Shown: one piece after another, positions 23,590 to 37,027 of the stretch
Numbering within the stretch: the first letter of the stretch is position 1
Layout: the number at the start of each line of letters is the position of its first letter
DNA from: Narcine bancroftii
Lineage: Eukaryota
Reading direction: 5' to 3'
DNA: 64,000 nt
Assembly (NCBI RefSeq): GCF_036971445.1
Contig: NC_091476.1
Span: 27,280,001 to 27,344,000, forward strand
Translations under genes and position numbers: made by a program
The notes under the pieces: model-generated
The model's input: only the letters and a program-made list of their open reading frames with translations
Databases searched by the model: none
Told to the model about the DNA's origin: nothing

Positions 23590-25850
23590 ATTTGCCTGTG
23601 CTCCTGCGATCTGCATGCAGAGAGAGCCAAAAAAGTGGAGCTCCAGAGATCAAGGCAACCAGATCATTTCAGGAGGCTGAGGAATAGTTACAGGATTGCC
23701 TTGAGATAATGGACCTGAATGATTATAACAGGAGCATTAACAGACTTTATTGAAATGGCTGTGGATGTTATGACCCCAGAAAATCATTCTGGGTTTTCAC
23801 CAATCAGAAGCCCTGGATCAGGGGTGTCAAACTCAAATTCACGGAGGGCCAAAATTAAAAACTTGGACTAAGTTGAGGGCCGAACTAAATATTTATTGAA
23901 AATTTTCAACAACATCTGTATGTTTTCTCTTCTTTCAACATATGTAATGTTAAACTTTTTCTTATTAAAATAAATGTTTAATAATAGTTTTGGATAAACT
24001 CTTTCCAGAAGCATTAACAAATGAGAAATAAAATATTCAATAAATAATATTTCTCTATAGAGGATTTGTCAAATGTTGCTAGTGTGCTGTCGAATAGTAA
24101 AATCTGAGGGCTATTGAGAATGTGGGAGAATAACATGATTCCTGAAACAATCAAATGGGTGACTGATTGTGGGCATGAACTCTAGCAGGATTATTTGCCA
24201 TGCCCTTTTTCCATTGGTACAGATATACTTTGATTTACACACTTTTCAAGTTTTATGCCTAATGAGCTTGTATCCAGGTGCAGGACCATTTTTAACCAGG
24301 AATATATTTATCACTGTGACATGAAACTATTGGAAGATCGTTTTATCCTGAGATTAAAGTTCATAATACTTACTCAGGCCTGTGTGCGGGAGGGTGGGGG
24401 GTTGGATAACGACAGTGCGGGGGCATCGGCTCTCGCTGCAGGGCGGCATCTCGGCAGATCAGCGGCCCCGTCACCGTGAGTCGCGGGTCGGCCTGCGGCA
24501 GGGAGGGGGAGTGGGCAACGGTCCTGGCGAGGTCAGGCCCAAGGCCTCCGGTTCCGGGCGCTGGGAAGCGGTCTTGGCTTCCCCTGACACCGACCAGGCC
24601 CCAAAACCAGAGTCCATGGTGAGACCCTGCAACGTAAACAGAGGAGGTGGGGGCGATTAGCGGGCTGACGCCAATGCATTCTGGGATTTATAGTATTAGC
24701 TGTGGATGCGCTATACTGGCACGGCGGCCAGCGGGCCACCTCTAATACATTTTTGAAATGATCTTGTGGGCCAAATATAATTATATCGCAGGCCAGAGTT
24801 TGACATGTGTGCCCTGGATGAACAATGAAACCTGGAACCTACTGAAAGCAAGAACAAAGGCATTTGACTGGAGATCAAGAACACTACAAAAGGCACAGGT
24901 ATGATCTATTGAAAGGCATCTCCTGGGAAAAATGGAGATTCTAGACTAGAATGGAATCAACAAGGGATACCCAACAGTTGTGGCAGAGTTTTAATGATGG
25001 AACCTTCTCTAAAGCTAAATCCTGTGACGTGGACAGTAGAGCTTCACTTCCAAATGTGCTTAATGCTTTCTATGCCTCCTTTGACCACCAGAATAAGGAG
25101 GAACTATTACACACCTCCTTGTCTCCTCATGACCCTTTACCATTAGTATCTGTAAATGATGTGTGGCCTGCCTTCAGGACAGTGAATCCAATAAAGCATC
25201 TGGTCTGAATGGAGTAAATGGCTATGCATTGAGACCTCTGCCAACCAACTACCTAGTGTATGCACAGATATCTTCAACCTCTTACTCTGATAGTTTGTGG
25301 TACCTACCTATTTCAAACAGACTTCAATTGTAGGAGCCCAAGAAGACTGTGGTATCTTGCCTAAATGACTTGATCAGTGGTACTTGCATCTACAGTGATG
25401 AAGTGTTTTGAAAGGTTGGTGTGGAAGCAGATCATCTCAAGTCTGAACAGTGATTTGGACCCCTTCCAATTTGCCTATTTTAGCAACAGATCTTCATTAG
25501 ATGCCATCTCATTGGTTCTTCATAAAACTAGGAACATCAGGGCAAAGATGCATACATCAGGATACTCTTTATTAATTACAGCTTAGCATTCAACTCCATT
25601 ATCAACTCAAAACTAATCATCAGACTCCAAGATCTGGTCCTCAATATCCCACTGTGCAATTCAATCCTGAATTTCCTCATTGCTAGACCCCAGTCAGTTG
25701 AGATTGGAAAAAAAACATCTCCTTTCCAATCTCCATTAGCACCAGAGCACCACAGGGATGGGTATGTGGCCCCTGCTCTATTTGCATTATACCTATGACT
25801 GCATTGTATAAAACAATTTTGCTAATGTTCAAGTTTGCTAATGTTGCCAT
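23590..25850 (+). mobile_element. Decayed Rex1/Babar-type LINE interrupted by hAT copy 2
   Basis: NQKPW|MN is split by the hAT. LNAFYASF, VMKCFERLV and DPFQFAY motifs are present. Confidence 0.75.
23819..24811 (-). mobile_element. Non-autonomous hAT transposon, copy 2, with a foreign internal segment
   Basis: Same TIRs as copy 1 and an 8-bp TSD CCCTGGAT. It is nested in a Rex-type LINE. The interior at about 24061-24632 is absent from the other two copies. Confidence 0.9.
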
Positions 25851-28146
25851 TGCAAAAGTAATCCTGTTCTATTCTTGGTGTTATCCCTTATAACTTTCTG
25901 CATCATTCACTTTCTTGGTCTCAATCTATTTAAATATTCTCCTTATTCTATTTATTTCTCCCATTTTCTGTGTCCGTTTCTATTTGTTCGATTTCTGACT
26001 TTTCCAAAATTTGTTGAAAGGCCATCAACCTGAACCTTTAAGTTTACTTCCTTCTATAGATGCTGCCTTATCTTAAAATTTCCAAGAGCTTAAACACATG
26101 GGAATAATGGTTCACATTAATTTCTTGCTGGCCAGTTCCTCATGTGCAGGATCAGTGTTAAAGTCATATAGTGTAAGCCCACCACTATCTGTTCTAGGCA
26201 TCTATAAGACTTGTCTGTATGAATAGATATAGGTTTTATTAGGATCTCACTATTGGTGAGTATTAATACAGAAGGAAATGAAAAACATTTCATAAAACTC
26301 CTTTATGGTGCATTTTCTAAAGACCAATTTAACAATGTGCACTATTCAAGAAATAATACTGTTACCAAAAGTACAATAATAAATTAAGACCAAGAGGCAC
26401 AAGTGGCAAAACATTCATTCAAGCAATCACCTTTACTAAGCAAAAGTAACTGGATAAACAAAAAGATTGTATGTCACCTTGGCACTCATCAATGCACTAA
26501 TCTAGAATAACATCAAAAATACCCTTCAGCAGAATTTTTAATTCAAATCAGAGAAAAATTCATCTGTCTGTAAAATGTACTTTTTCTAATCAAGAGTAAT
26601 GCCTATGTATGGACTGACTTTGAGAAATAGGAGTAAATAATTTTATGGATCTATTCATATTGAAAATATAGACAGTAACAGTCCACAATTCCATCGTACT
26701 ATATTTGAAAATTGAAACCATGAACTCTTTAAAAGCTAGGACAATTTCTGTATCTGTGACAATTCTCTTCAGCTGTATATAGTGAATCTTTAGTTTTTTT
26801 GAAAGAACCAGGCAAAAAGTTATGTTGGTACGTACTAAATATTTAAAGGAAATGACTCCATATTACGTTGAGAAGATGATAAAATTATTGCTGGTAAAGG
26901 TAGGACAAGATCTTCAGGAAAATTACTGAAATTACAATCTGCATTGTGTATTGGGCTGAGGGAATATGCAGATACATACTCTTAAAAAAAAAAGCACCAT
27001 GACATCTTTCATGTCCACTCTTCAACCTCTCATTTGAAAGGCAGCAGCTTCAATACGACAACAAGTCATGGGTAGCACTGAAGTCCCTGGAGTGAGATGT
27101 GTTATCTAATGAGTCATAGGTTCAAGGATGGGAAAGATGAGCATCAGTTAAAAACAATTGACATTCATGGATTGACAGTTTGAAGCAAAAATACAACATA
27201 TTGCAGATAGATTAATGGAGAATTTTTTTTAACATGAATTAGATACTTGAACTATTAATGTTGCAGTTCCTACTTTCTAAATGCTGAGAAGTAGCAAGTT
27301 CTAATTCTGAGCTGCACTGCAGCAATGGATCATTATGTCTGAGGAGACATAATGGACTCGGGTTTGCTCACAAGCAACATGATCTGGAAACACTAAGGTA
27401 AACCAATAAGTCAGAAAAGATATCTGAGAGTGTTATCAAAAATTAGAACAAAGAAATACAAAAGACATGGCAAAACAAGAAAAGATGAACTTAAAATTAA
27501 CCTTAACTTCCAAAACTGTTTTGACTTTACAATTCTCCCAGGCATCTCTGGCCTTTTAAATTTAATGTCATTGTGAATTTGTCAATATATTCATATCATG
27601 CCAACTGCACTAACATATTAATTTCTAATCCTTATAAAATGTCAACATGGGAGTATGCAGTCATCTTTGACATCAAGAACATACTGTTATGTAGCCTAAC
27701 GTACATGCGCAAAGACAAGCAATTATTCAATTAAGTTACATAATGGTTATTAAAGGTTCAATATGTAAAATAATAATTTAAAAAAGAGGATTTTAATTTT
27801 TATAGGGAAAGAGCATTAGAATGTGATGTTTTGAATGCATTTCAGGTTAAAATTTATATCCAATTCCCCAATGAGTTCAATCACCCTATTTTTACCACCT
27901 TTTTGATTATTGTTCTAAACAAAGGCAAAAACAAGTATGATGGTAGTTCATAATAAAATGACAAGATCAAGAATCCAGTAACGCAAATCCCTTCAATACA
28001 ATATACTGAAGCCACTTGCCGAGCACTGATCTGTGGGGCACTTGTACCCTACAAAATACACACAATCTAAAAATGCTTTTGAGGGTAAGGATGGAACTAA
28101 TTATGGAGTGTAGTTCTTCACTCAAAATAACATCTTCAACAAATTC

Positions 28147-28224
28147 TCATGATGCAAGTCCAATTAGGAAGCCACCAACAAAACCTCCAGTGAGTACAAT
28201 GTTCTTTTTCACAAACACAGTCAC
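28147..28224 (-). CDS. FUNDC2: FUNDC2 coding exon 5 (stop)
   Basis: Acceptor ctcttccacatag, then VTVFVKKNIVLTGGFVGGFLIGLAS*. The five exons sum to 459 nt, which is 152 aa plus stop. Confidence 0.92.
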   Translation of the reverse strand: MTVFVKKNIVLTGGFVGGFLIGLAS

Positions 28225-29330
28225 CTATGTGGAAGAGAAAAGAAAATATTGATTTTAATGTTTCAAAGCATCTAGAGAAGTCAATGACACTGATCATCAG
28301 GGAATAAAAGATTGGCAAGATACAAATTCCTTGGATGTTTCAAAGTAATTAAAGAAACTGCATAAATTCAGTGCATAATCTTTCAATTCTTTGATTATAG
28401 AAGATTGCAACATTGAAAACATAACAAGTAATAACATCCCTTTGAAAACATAACAAGTAATAAATGTGGCACTACCAACCACTGGCTAGTGACCCAATGA
28501 AGGTGAAGGAACATCTTTTAGAGATTGAAAGGTCACACAAATGTACTTAGAATAATAAAACAGAGTTAGTGTGGAATTATGAAAGAAAAATATTTGATAA
28601 AGTTTCTTGAAGTATTATGTAAGAACAGAATTGATGAGGATAACATTAATGTACTGCTGAATGACCATTTTATAAAATAAACTTGTTGGCAAAACTTAAG
28701 TTCATAATATTGAAGAATTAAATGAGATAAATTAAAATGGCTGTTAAGTTATTTTCAAAATGGAGGGAAATATAAAGTCATATCCCCTTCAGATTAGTTA
28801 AATGACTGTACCTCTCTTTGAGGCATTTAATCATTTTGATGGTTAATCAGAATATAATTTTGTAAATGAAAAATAAATGATAAATGCAGATGTGTGAGGG
28901 AGAATAGGTTGCATGAAATTAGGTGAGGAGTGGGAGGGATGAGATTGCTCTTGGGTGGAAAAAAATAAGAATTTTAGGAAAATAGAAGTGTAAAAGAATA
29001 TGCATGATCAATATTGGATTGAACTGTGATGCTCAATGGAAATAAAAGGCATAACAGTATATGTTTACATTAATAACAGATTGAAAATGCGCATGTACTA
29101 ACTATAAGTTTGAAATTTTATAGTTGAGGGGTTAAAAAAAAGGAGAAAATTAGGGCAGGGGAAAGAGTCTACAATGTTCTTGATTGCAAGATCAGAAGCG
29201 AATATTTGAATTATCCAGCAGACATTAATTCCAATCAATACAATGCATCAAATGTAAAACAAAAACTATTTCAAGGATACAAGGAATTTTCATTGTAGTA
29301 TCAAACTCAAATATCTTTGCATTTAAACTT

Positions 29331-30047
29331 CAGTACAACTCCAATTAGCTGAAATTGGATTCTCTGAAATCCTCATTTATCCCCACATTTTGTTTTGGAG
29401 CTGAACTGACCTCACAGGTTGAAAAAAATTCACTCAACATGAAATTAGATTGATGATTGTCCTTGTTTCAGGTAACTCCCTCCCCTCTCTCTTTCCATTA
29501 CCTTCTCCTATCGACTTTTCTCTCCAATTCTCCCTCTCAATCTGTGTGCCACCATCTACCAGCCGCAAGTGATCAGAAGAAACCCTTGTCCCAGCGTCAT
29601 CAAGGAGAGCGGTCTCCCAGGCACGAATGGACCTCAGGCTCAGTGGTCTTCCCTCCGCTTCCCTCCTATCCCTTTCCCTTCCCTCCCTGGCACACCAGAA
29701 CTTCCGACACTGGCTCTGAACTCTCCCCTTGATCGTGTGCGGTAGGCCTAGGGGAGGATTTGGAGTCGGAGAGATAGGAGCCCATTGACTTGCCAGTGAG
29801 TGTTGCAGTGGCAGTGGTGGTGATGTGTCAGTGATCGGCTGCGGCATTGCGGCCAGTATTTGTTTTGCTGAGAATTAAACATTAATTTAATGCTGAAAAA
29901 GCCTTCCCTTGTTTAAACATCAATACTTGCGATTTGCTGTTGCTACTGGGCTGTTTTTAAAAAAATGACTAGTTATCCGAAAAAAAACCCCACATTTATC
30001 CAACATAAGCCAGGTCCCGACTAATTTGGATAATCGGAGTTGTACTG
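29331..30047. mobile_element. pogo/Tigger-like MITE
   Basis: TIR CAGTACAACTCCAATTA...TAATCGGAGTTGTACTG followed by TA. The empty site can be reconstructed from the opposite arm of the inverted repeat at about 31805. Confidence 0.75.
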
Positions 30048-32131
30048 TATATTCTATATAACAATCTTTTCAGATATGCCCTTAGGATAAATATACTGAT
30101 GTTTCCATATTGTACACAAACGGATACATTTATAGCTCTTCCCTCCACAGACTCTGACCAAATCCTATTTCTACATCTTAATTTCCACAAACTTTCTCTT
30201 CAGGAAATATGTGACCATATAACTTACAGTTTCCTTTTGAGTAATTGTGTTCAATAGGCAAGGAAACATCTGAATAATTAATCTGGGGTCAAGGTGAAGT
30301 AGAATGTTGATTTTTTTTTTTAAAAACATTCAGGAATTGGAGGAAGGCAACATAACTGATAGGTTAAGGTAGTCTTTTTCTTCAACAGGGATGTGAAGGA
30401 TAGATGGTTTGCATGAAACCAACTTAATGCTGAAAAATTGTCCTAATTGTCATGAACTAATAACCCTCTTAATTTTGTTAGGGACTAAAGAGACTGTTAG
30501 CACTAATAAAGGAACAGCAATGGAAAATTCACCAGACAACGATAAATTCAAAATAATAGTTTTTATTAAACTATTAATTACATAACATTTCTTACATATC
30601 TCTAAACTTAATTCTAAATTTAACTCTGAACTTAAACCCCCACTATGCCCAAATGTAAATATGTGTGTGTTTAAAGTCCCAAACTCTAAAAAATCCATTT
30701 TAAAACTTCAGCACCATTTTAACTTGCTTGAAAGTCTTAAATTTCTAGCTCTTTTAAACATCATATCTTAAGGCGTCTTTAAACTCACAATTCTTTCGAT
30801 GAGTTTTCCTTCAGAGATTCTTCAAACAGGAGTGACTGTTTTCTGGCCACAAATGAGAAGTGGTCTTACTTATTTAAAAGCTACTTATGTTACATCTACT
30901 ATGAATAGGATAATACAAGTCCTGTCTTTCCAGGAGGTCAAATGGATAATACAAATTCTGCCTTTCCAGGAGGTCAAATTTTCTTCTCTTGAAATGAAGA
31001 CTTTGGAATCTGTTTTCCAAACCATGAAAATGCCCTTTTTTATCTTAAAGAGCCCATCAGAAGTAGGCTTTTCTTTTGAAATCTACTTATTCTGTGTTCC
31101 CCTTTTATTAGGAATAACACATAGGCAGCATTTTTCCCCTTCCTGCAGAAAATATTGCTGTTTTCAGTCCTGTATGCACAGGACATTGAGTTTCCTTAAA
31201 TTGACCTCTGTCTCAGATTTCAATAATATATTTTGGCAAATCTCTCATGTCGCATGGTATGTGACATAATTTCTATCTTTGAAGTTCATAAGGTCTTTTC
31301 ACACTAATGTGCTAAAAGCATTTAAGTCTATTTATGGCTCTCATGAGGGCAAAATGGCCATACGTTTATACTTCTGAAATAATACATTGTTTTCAGTATC
31401 TCAAAAACCATCATAAATCCTTATATCTTCTGCTTCAACTGCAATAAACAGCCATTACATCTCTGCAAATGGCTCTCTATCTTCCATCTCAAAGAACCAT
31501 GTGTTTAAAATGCTATTGTTTGTTGTTGCTGAAGCCATCTAACAGCTGCAAAGAACCATGTATCTGTAGAATGTAAATGACCCCTGTCCACCCAAAACTA
31601 ACTTATTAAACCACATCTAGATAAAATATAGTTTTAAGGATTAATATTAACACAGATCCGTTACATAACAGAAATGATACAGAACTAGAATTTGGTCAGA
31701 GTCTGTAGAGGAAAGAGCTATAAATGTAGCTGTTTGTGTACAATATGGAAATATCAGTATATTTATCCAAGGCCAGATCTGAAAAGATTGTTATAATATA
31801 TTGAATATAGTTTAAATGCAAAAACCTTGAACAAAAAAATTTGAGCTCGGTACTACAAATGAGCATTCCTTGTATCCTTGTAGTTTTTTTGTCTTGTCTG
31901 TTCAGAGAAACAAAAAAGCTATCCGGCTTGATCTTTCAGGAATCTAAACAAGGTCACATCTGCTACAGTGATCTAGATTTTTCTTATTAGTTTGATCAAA
32001 TTTAAAATATTAGCTCCGTTAAAAGATTCAACTGACAAAACAGAAAGAACAGCAGAAGGTTATTTTCATCACCCTGGTCTTGATTTTCTTTACATGGATA
32101 GACAGCAATACAATATATGTTATCTTCCTAC

Positions 32132-32260
32132 CTCATCAAATGCACCATGTACTTCCGAAGTGACTTTATTTTTGCCAATTTTCAACTGTTTCTTTGCTTT
32201 GTTAACATCTCTTTCAAGTCGTTTCCAATCAATAGTGACGTACCCTGTGTGATTGGCAAT
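32132..32260 (-). CDS. FUNDC2: FUNDC2 coding exon 4
   Basis: Acceptor tttcatctag, then IANHTGYVTIDWKRLERDVNKAKKQLKIGKNKVTSEVHGAFDE (129 nt), donor gtagga. Confidence 0.92.
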
Positions 32261-33374
32261 CTAGATGAAAAAGTAAATTATTATACCATCTTATTGATAA
32301 ATGCACCAATTGATGTGGTGCCAAGACATGTAAAATGTCTTACTCAGGTTGCAAGAAATGCTCATTTACTTATTATACAAACTCTCCTCTGCAGCATCTA
32401 ATTTCCTCTCCAAATGAGACGATAACAAACAAAAGACGGGCAATGGTGACAAAAAATATTTCATTTGTATTCTGGTATTTGAATTAATTGCTGACTAAAC
32501 AGCATTGATTTTGCTCTTTCACGGAGAGAGAAAAATAAATAATGTAGATCTACACACCAATAAACCCATGAATCTAGCTGTAACCTGTCTCCTTGTGCCA
32601 TTGTCTGGTTTCTGAAAATTGATTGCATTTTGCATTGTATTGTTAGGGAGTTTTTTGTACCAGGTCAGGGGAAACCTATCTTGGTTTTAATGCTGTATAA
32701 TGTTAATTGCGATAAATAAATGATACCTGACCTGAATTTTAAAATCATAACATAAACAAGGCAATGGAGAGAAAGTTCCCCCAAATGCCTCGCCTTTTAT
32801 CACATGGATTTACAACTGATGGTGATTGAAAAAGTCTAGTTACATCTTCAAACATTTTCTGCAGCAACTCGTTTCCCAAAGCAAATGATACCAGAGGAAT
32901 AAAAGTCTTCAAACTAGTATGAAAATGTAAGCACTCGATTTGAAAAGTGTATGATTTAAGATATGATTAAGGCTACACAGTGGCAAACACAGCTGCAGAC
33001 TGGTAGCAAGTGCTTACGCTGACAGGCCACCTGGATCCTACAATCTTCCTCATTACCATCTGTGTTTGCAGGGTCCAGCACAGAATTCCCCCCACCCCAA
33101 TAACATGTTCAAAAGCCAGAATCACTCAATCAATTTTGATATTGCCAGTCAACAGCTCTCTTTCACCTGCAGGAAGAAGAAATTTTTACCAACTGCATAT
33201 TTTGTACAAAATGAACCACCAATGCACTTAGCACAAGTGCTTTGGGTTGAACCCCAGCTCAAATCCAACATGGACCTCAAAAAAACATGAAGAATTTATT
33301 TATTCTTCTTCAAAACCAAATTCCATGCTCACTGATTGCAGCTAACTTTATTCTATAGGTGTGGGATGATTGCC

Positions 33375-34470
33375 CATTATAGAACACTAGAGCACAGAAC
33401 AAGCCCCTTCGGCCCTTCTAGTCTGTGTCAAACCATTTTTTTTGCCTAGTCCCACTGACCTGCACCCAGTCCACAGCTTTCATACCTCTCCCATCCAGAT
33501 ACCTGTCCAAATTCTTCTTAAAAGTTAACATTTAGCCCACATTCACCACCTCAGCTGGCAACTCATTCCACACTCCCACCACTCTGTGTGTGAAGAGGTT
33601 TCCCCTAAACTTTTTCCCTTTCACTTCTAACACACGTCATCTGGTTTGTATCTTATCTATCCTCAGTGGAAAAAGCTTATCTACATTTACTCTATCCCTC
33701 TCAATTTTAAATATCAAATCTCTCCTCATTCATCTAAACTTAAGGGAATAAAGTCCTAACCTGTTTAACCTTTCCCTGTAACTCAGTTCCTGAAGTCCAG
33801 GCAGCATCCTTATAAATCCTCTGGATTCTTTTCTACTTAGTGATATCTTTCCTGTAGCTAGGTGACCAAAACTACACACAATACTCCAAATATGGTCTCA
33901 CCAACTTTACCATAACATCCCAACTCCTATACTCAATACTTTGATTTATGAAGGCCAACATGTTAAAAGCTCTCTTTACAGCTCTATCCACCTGTGACAC
34001 CAATTTCATGGAATTATGTATCTGCGTTCCCAGGTCCCGTCTGTTCTACCGCACTCCTCAGTGCCACCTTTTTTGGTTTGTCCTTCCAAATGCATTAAAT
34101 TCCATTTGCCATTTTCCAACTGGTCCAGATCCCTTCTGCAAGCTTTGAAAACCTTCACTGTCCACAATGCCTCCCATCTTAGTGTCATCTGCAAACGCTG
34201 ATTCAATTTACCACATTATCATCAATATAGATGACAAACAACAATGGTCACAGCCCCGATCCCTTAGGCACACCACTGGTCACAGGCCTCAAGTCTGAGA
34301 AGCAATCATCTACCACCACTCTCTGGCTTCTCCCAACCAGCCATTGTCAAATTCAGTTCACAACTTCAGCATAAATACCTAGCATCTGTACCTTCCTGGC
34401 TAGCCTCCCATGTGGCTTGTCAAAGGCTTTACTAAATCTACGTAGACAACATCCACATCCTTTCTTTTGT
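33375..34470 (-). mobile_element. CR1 LINE 3' fragment (decayed)
   Basis: Minus strand reads DVVYVDL..AFDK and FADDTK, and carries a CR1-type 3' tail. Confidence 0.8.
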
Positions 34471-34626
34471 CAACTTGTTTCAATTATATAAATAGCAAAA
34501 GTCTTGGGATTATGTACCAGTTTCTTTCTTTTTCCATCCTCTCTTCCCCCCCGGAAATGCCTTCTCAAACAATCAATGTATTTCTCAGTAATTTTTGACA
34601 TATCAAGTCAATAAGTCATTCTTCAC

Positions 34627-34702
34627 CTGAAGTAGAAAGAAACCTCCACCCACAGCAGTTGCAGCTAATTTTCCAACTTTCTGAAAGAGGAAACCCGCAC
34701 AC
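34627..34702 (-). CDS. FUNDC2: FUNDC2 coding exon 3
   Basis: Acceptor ttttgcag, then [25 protein letters not shown] (76 nt), donor gtgaag. Confidence 0.92.
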
Positions 34703-35685
34703 CTGCAAAAGTAGAAATTTTATTTCATTTTAAAATTATTTTTTCTTAACATATATTGGGAAAAACAAAGTGTTTTTCAATTCAAACAGATAAAGCTGCC
34801 CAACAGATCAGGCAACATCAACAGAGTGAAAAAGCATCAACATTTCAGATCAATTGTCTTTCAAAACCTTTGTTCTTTCCTGATCTAGGTAGTATTGAGT
34901 TTACTGAAAGTGAGTTTGAACGTTTCTTAGACCAATGGGGTAAGGGGCCTCTAAAGAACCAAAGTAAATGCATTGAGCAAAATTAATCCAGTTTCTGACG
35001 ACCATATCAAACTTTCCAAAGTTCAGTAAAATTTCTGAGCCCCAATCAGCATTTATAAAGTTGACCTGTCTTGCAATGACTGAAACTGAAGTTATTTCAT
35101 ATTATAGGAATTTTGATCAAACATATATTAAATTTTCCATCTTCAAATGTCTCGAGCTAGATATCTGCAATATGCTCTGAATACTTTCTCAAATCAAATC
35201 TGGTGGAAGCCTATCAGGAAAAATCATTATTTGGTGTAATTAGAAAGTAATCTGAACAGAGCCAGTGACTTCCAAATAGAGATGTGGAGACTTGGATTAA
35301 TGAATCAGTTTCTTTCACACAGCTTATTCAGCTGGAACATTTGATCTTTATTTCTACTGGTATCACACTAGATTTGATGTTTCACTTTTTAAATATTTAT
35401 TTGAAACTACGTCACACTCAGAATCTGTTCATTGGGACACTGCAGTGAAAGGACAATTCTCCCAGTTACCTCTCTTTCTTCTCTTTGGCTTGGCTTCGCA
35501 GACCCATTTAAAAACCAGCAATATGAATTTCTAATAGATTTTGGCTCAATATTTAGGCCAAGCAAATGTAGCAGCAATACAATTTACATCACAAGCTCTT
35601 GTATTTCTCCCCTCTTAACTTATGGTGAATCTGAAATACAAGGGGGAAAAAGTTGCCCTCTGCTATTATTAAGTGATTTGCTTAC

Positions 35686-35842
35686 CACCCACTGGCTCCT
35701 CCAATCATCAGCTGTGTTGCTACTGTATATTTCTCAGCAATCGGTCCAGAGTTTCTTCCAAAGAATCGGTTCCACCATCTTTGTCGTTTGGTATATTCAG
35801 CCAAATCCAACACTTCAAACTGATCATTTTCATTATCCTGTT
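35686..35842 (-). CDS. FUNDC2: FUNDC2 coding exon 2
   Basis: Acceptor ttctctag, then (E)[51 protein letters not shown](W), donor gtaagc. FUN14 family; assigned to FUNDC2 rather than FUNDC1 by synteny with CMC4 and BRCC3. Confidence 0.9.
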
Positions 35843-36012
35843 CTAGAGAAAGTTATAAAATCTAAGCTTTTTGTTTTGGTAGAACATATACAGATATCCT
35901 ATCCACTGTAGTGCATTGTTTCACACTGTACAACCATCCATTGGAATGACGCACTGCTAAACTTTCATATGAATAAAGGTTGTGGATGTGAGTAATAAGA
36001 TTGTACTTTTCT

Positions 36013-36358
36013 ACAATGTATACAAGTGCAATGTATATATAATGTATACAAGTGCAATGTATATATAATGTATACAAGTGCAATGTATATATAATGTATA
36101 CAAGAGCAATGTATATAATGTATACAAGAGCAATGTATATAATGTATACAAGTGCAATGTATATAATGTATACAAGTGCAATGTATATATAATGTATACA
36201 AGTGCAATGTATATATAATGTATACAAGTGCAATGTATATATAATGTATACAAGTGCAATGTATATAATGTATACAAGTGCAATGTATATAATGTATACA
36301 AGTGCAATGTATATAATGTATACAAGTGCAATGTATATAATGTATACAAGTGCAATGT
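36013..36358. repeat. Minisatellite with a 24/26-bp unit AATGTATACAAGTGCAATGTATAT(AT), about 14 copies
   Basis: Directly visible tandem array in FUNDC2 intron 1. Confidence 0.97.
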
Positions 36359-37027
36359 GATGTTACATTGAAAATCAAAAGCTATGCTCCAATAGTCAGT
36401 TCAATATATAAATTTCAGTTTCCTAAATTAGAAAATATTTCAACCCTCAAAAGGAGAAAGCTCAAACTACAGCTCAACACTTAATGATCCTGCTCTTTAG
36501 TCTCATGACCTTCACATCAGGTGACACCTTTCAATAAGATCAAACCATTAAAATAATGTTTTCAGGATTTCAATCCAGCAAGTGTGATGTTATGGACATT
36601 AGCAGTAGCTTTGTGTGCCACCAAATGTGGAGGAGGTGGGGTGCTGGTTAAAGAACCCGTCATTGAAATATCAGTGTTCCATTTGTTCACAAACCCATGT
36701 TCCCTGTATTTAACAGTGTTTAGGTCAGCTACATGTCTATTTTATTAAAGTATCCTGCTTTGGAAAACAGATGATAGAAAGCAAGACAAAGAAATAACTA
36801 AAATCAATTGTAATCTTAATATTTTCAGATACAACTCCCACAGAGACATTCCTACATAGGAACATCAATTGAAAATTTAATTAAAGGCAGCATCTGATGG
36901 GGAAAATTCAGCTCAGAAAGGGAAATAGCTAATAGCCTGGCATATACACTAGGGAGCAAAGAGCATATACTGGTGACTTGGAATATAAAAGTCTTTTTAA
37001 TGTTGACATCCTGAAATCAGTTACTGT

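Noticed and set aside
30908-30980. 36-bp direct repeat GGATAATACAA...CCAGGAGGTCAAAT, two copies
   Set aside because: A simple local tandem duplication inside decayed LINE-like sequence with no sign of function.
35862-36378. Three long minus-strand ORFs with CTCIHYIH, LHLYTLY and IALVYII repeats
   Set aside because: They are translations of the 24/26-bp minisatellite in all frames. The array has no unique spacers, so it is not CRISPR-like either.
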